Below, piece by piece: positions 63,425 to 64,000 of a DNA stretch of 64,000 bases; positions within the stretch are counted from its first letter, which is position 1; every line of letters begins with the position of its first letter. Location: IMG/VR virus record IMGVR_UViG_3300037882_002064, positions 1,423-65,422 of that record; one strand, given 5' to 3'. The position numbers and the translations under genes were made by a program. The notes under the pieces are model-generated. The model was not told the DNA's origin, made no database searches, and saw nothing but the letters and a program-made list of their open reading frames with translations. The stretch is from a virus (Duplodnaviria; Caudoviricetes).

Positions 63425-63727
63425 GTGAGTGGGATATTAAAACAAAAAGTTTCAAGTTTGCAGCGCAAGTATGGACACGCATTAGATACTTTGATAGCAC
63501 TATTTGAGGAAGATTCTAAAAGAATTTCAGAGCTAGAAGTCGAGAACATGGAACTGCGGGAGCAGGTAGCTAAGATGCCTGTATTGATGGGTTATGCAAC
63601 CATAGGAACCGTTGAGGATGTTAGGTTGCGCTGCATTAAAGACGGCCCAACATTGACGTTTTCACGCGCTTTATACATGGAGAAAAATAAGCCCATACCC
63701 CCACCACCACAGGAGCAGGGCAAATGA
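63425..63727 (+). CDS. Hypothetical protein
   Basis: GTG start after AAGGGG; RISELE motif; ends PPPQEQGK. Confidence 0.6.
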   Translation: MSGILKQKVSSLQRKYGHALDTLIALFEEDSKRISELEVENMELREQVAKMPVLMGYATIGTVEDVRLRCIKDGPTLTFSRALYMEKNKPIPPPPQEQGK

Positions 63728-64000
63728 GTGACCGATATATACCGTTTAGTAGTGACGAGATAGAGAGTGAAATACTCATTAAAAGTATGGTAAATGCTTT
63801 TTTAGCATGGCAACTACCAGACGATTTTTCGCCCGATGGTGGTATTACCTTTGTGCCGTCAACGCATCGACCAACCGGCACAAACCTGCTAACGGCATCG
63901 CAGGCGGAGCAAATGATTTTGCACATGATACACAGACGTAGCCATGTTTGGAGCGACTTACAGTTAGGGGAGACACCACCACAGGAGCAGGACAAATGAG
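63702..64000 (+). repeat. 27-bp direct repeat at consecutive gene junctions
   Basis: CACCACCACAGGAGCAGG[G/A]CAAATGAG at 63702-63728 and 63974-64000 (26/27 identical). Confidence 0.9.
63724..63999 (+). CDS. Conserved phage hypothetical protein
   Basis: MVNAFLAWQLPDDFSPDGGITF...PTGTNLLTA.QA..M; ends PPQEQDK. Confidence 0.7.
   Translation: MSDRYIPFSSDEIESEILIKSMVNAFLAWQLPDDFSPDGGITFVPSTHRPTGTNLLTASQAEQMILHMIHRRSHVWSDLQLGETPPQEQDK

Overview
The window is almost a whole tailed dsDNA phage genome with podovirus-like morphogenesis; the SSB and lambdoid early/late layout suggest a proteobacterial host (inference). It starts inside a lambda-Q-like antiterminator and ends in a nin-like small-ORF region. 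Order on +: Q, pR'/tR'-like late promoter and terminator, lysis cassette (i-spanin, o-spanin, holin-like, SLT endolysin), a block of virion accessory genes, terS, terL, P22-like portal, scaffold, N4-gp56-type major capsid, adaptor/nozzle/tail genes (including an Asp-box propeller), two putative ejection proteins and a 7176-aa polyvalent protein (29670-51200). A convergent early operon on - carries bet, exo, DUF1351, ssb, a MucR-like gene and ends in an atypical tRNA-like element. A divergent control region holds a ribbon-helix-helix gene, followed by a YdaU-like initiator with internal iterons, ninB and a DUF1364-like gene. No integrase, CI-type repressor, CRISPR array or reverse transcriptase is visible. 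Top candidate for an undescribed system: the giant protein is punctuated by seven copies of a [ALM]-F-R-[VAI]-[EDK]-[DEG] motif that fall at the boundaries between its enzymatic modules. Since it also carries two zincin motifs, it may be an injected, self-processing anti-defence polyprotein and/or a cassette-shuffling platform. All family assignments come from motif recognition by eye; no searches were run.
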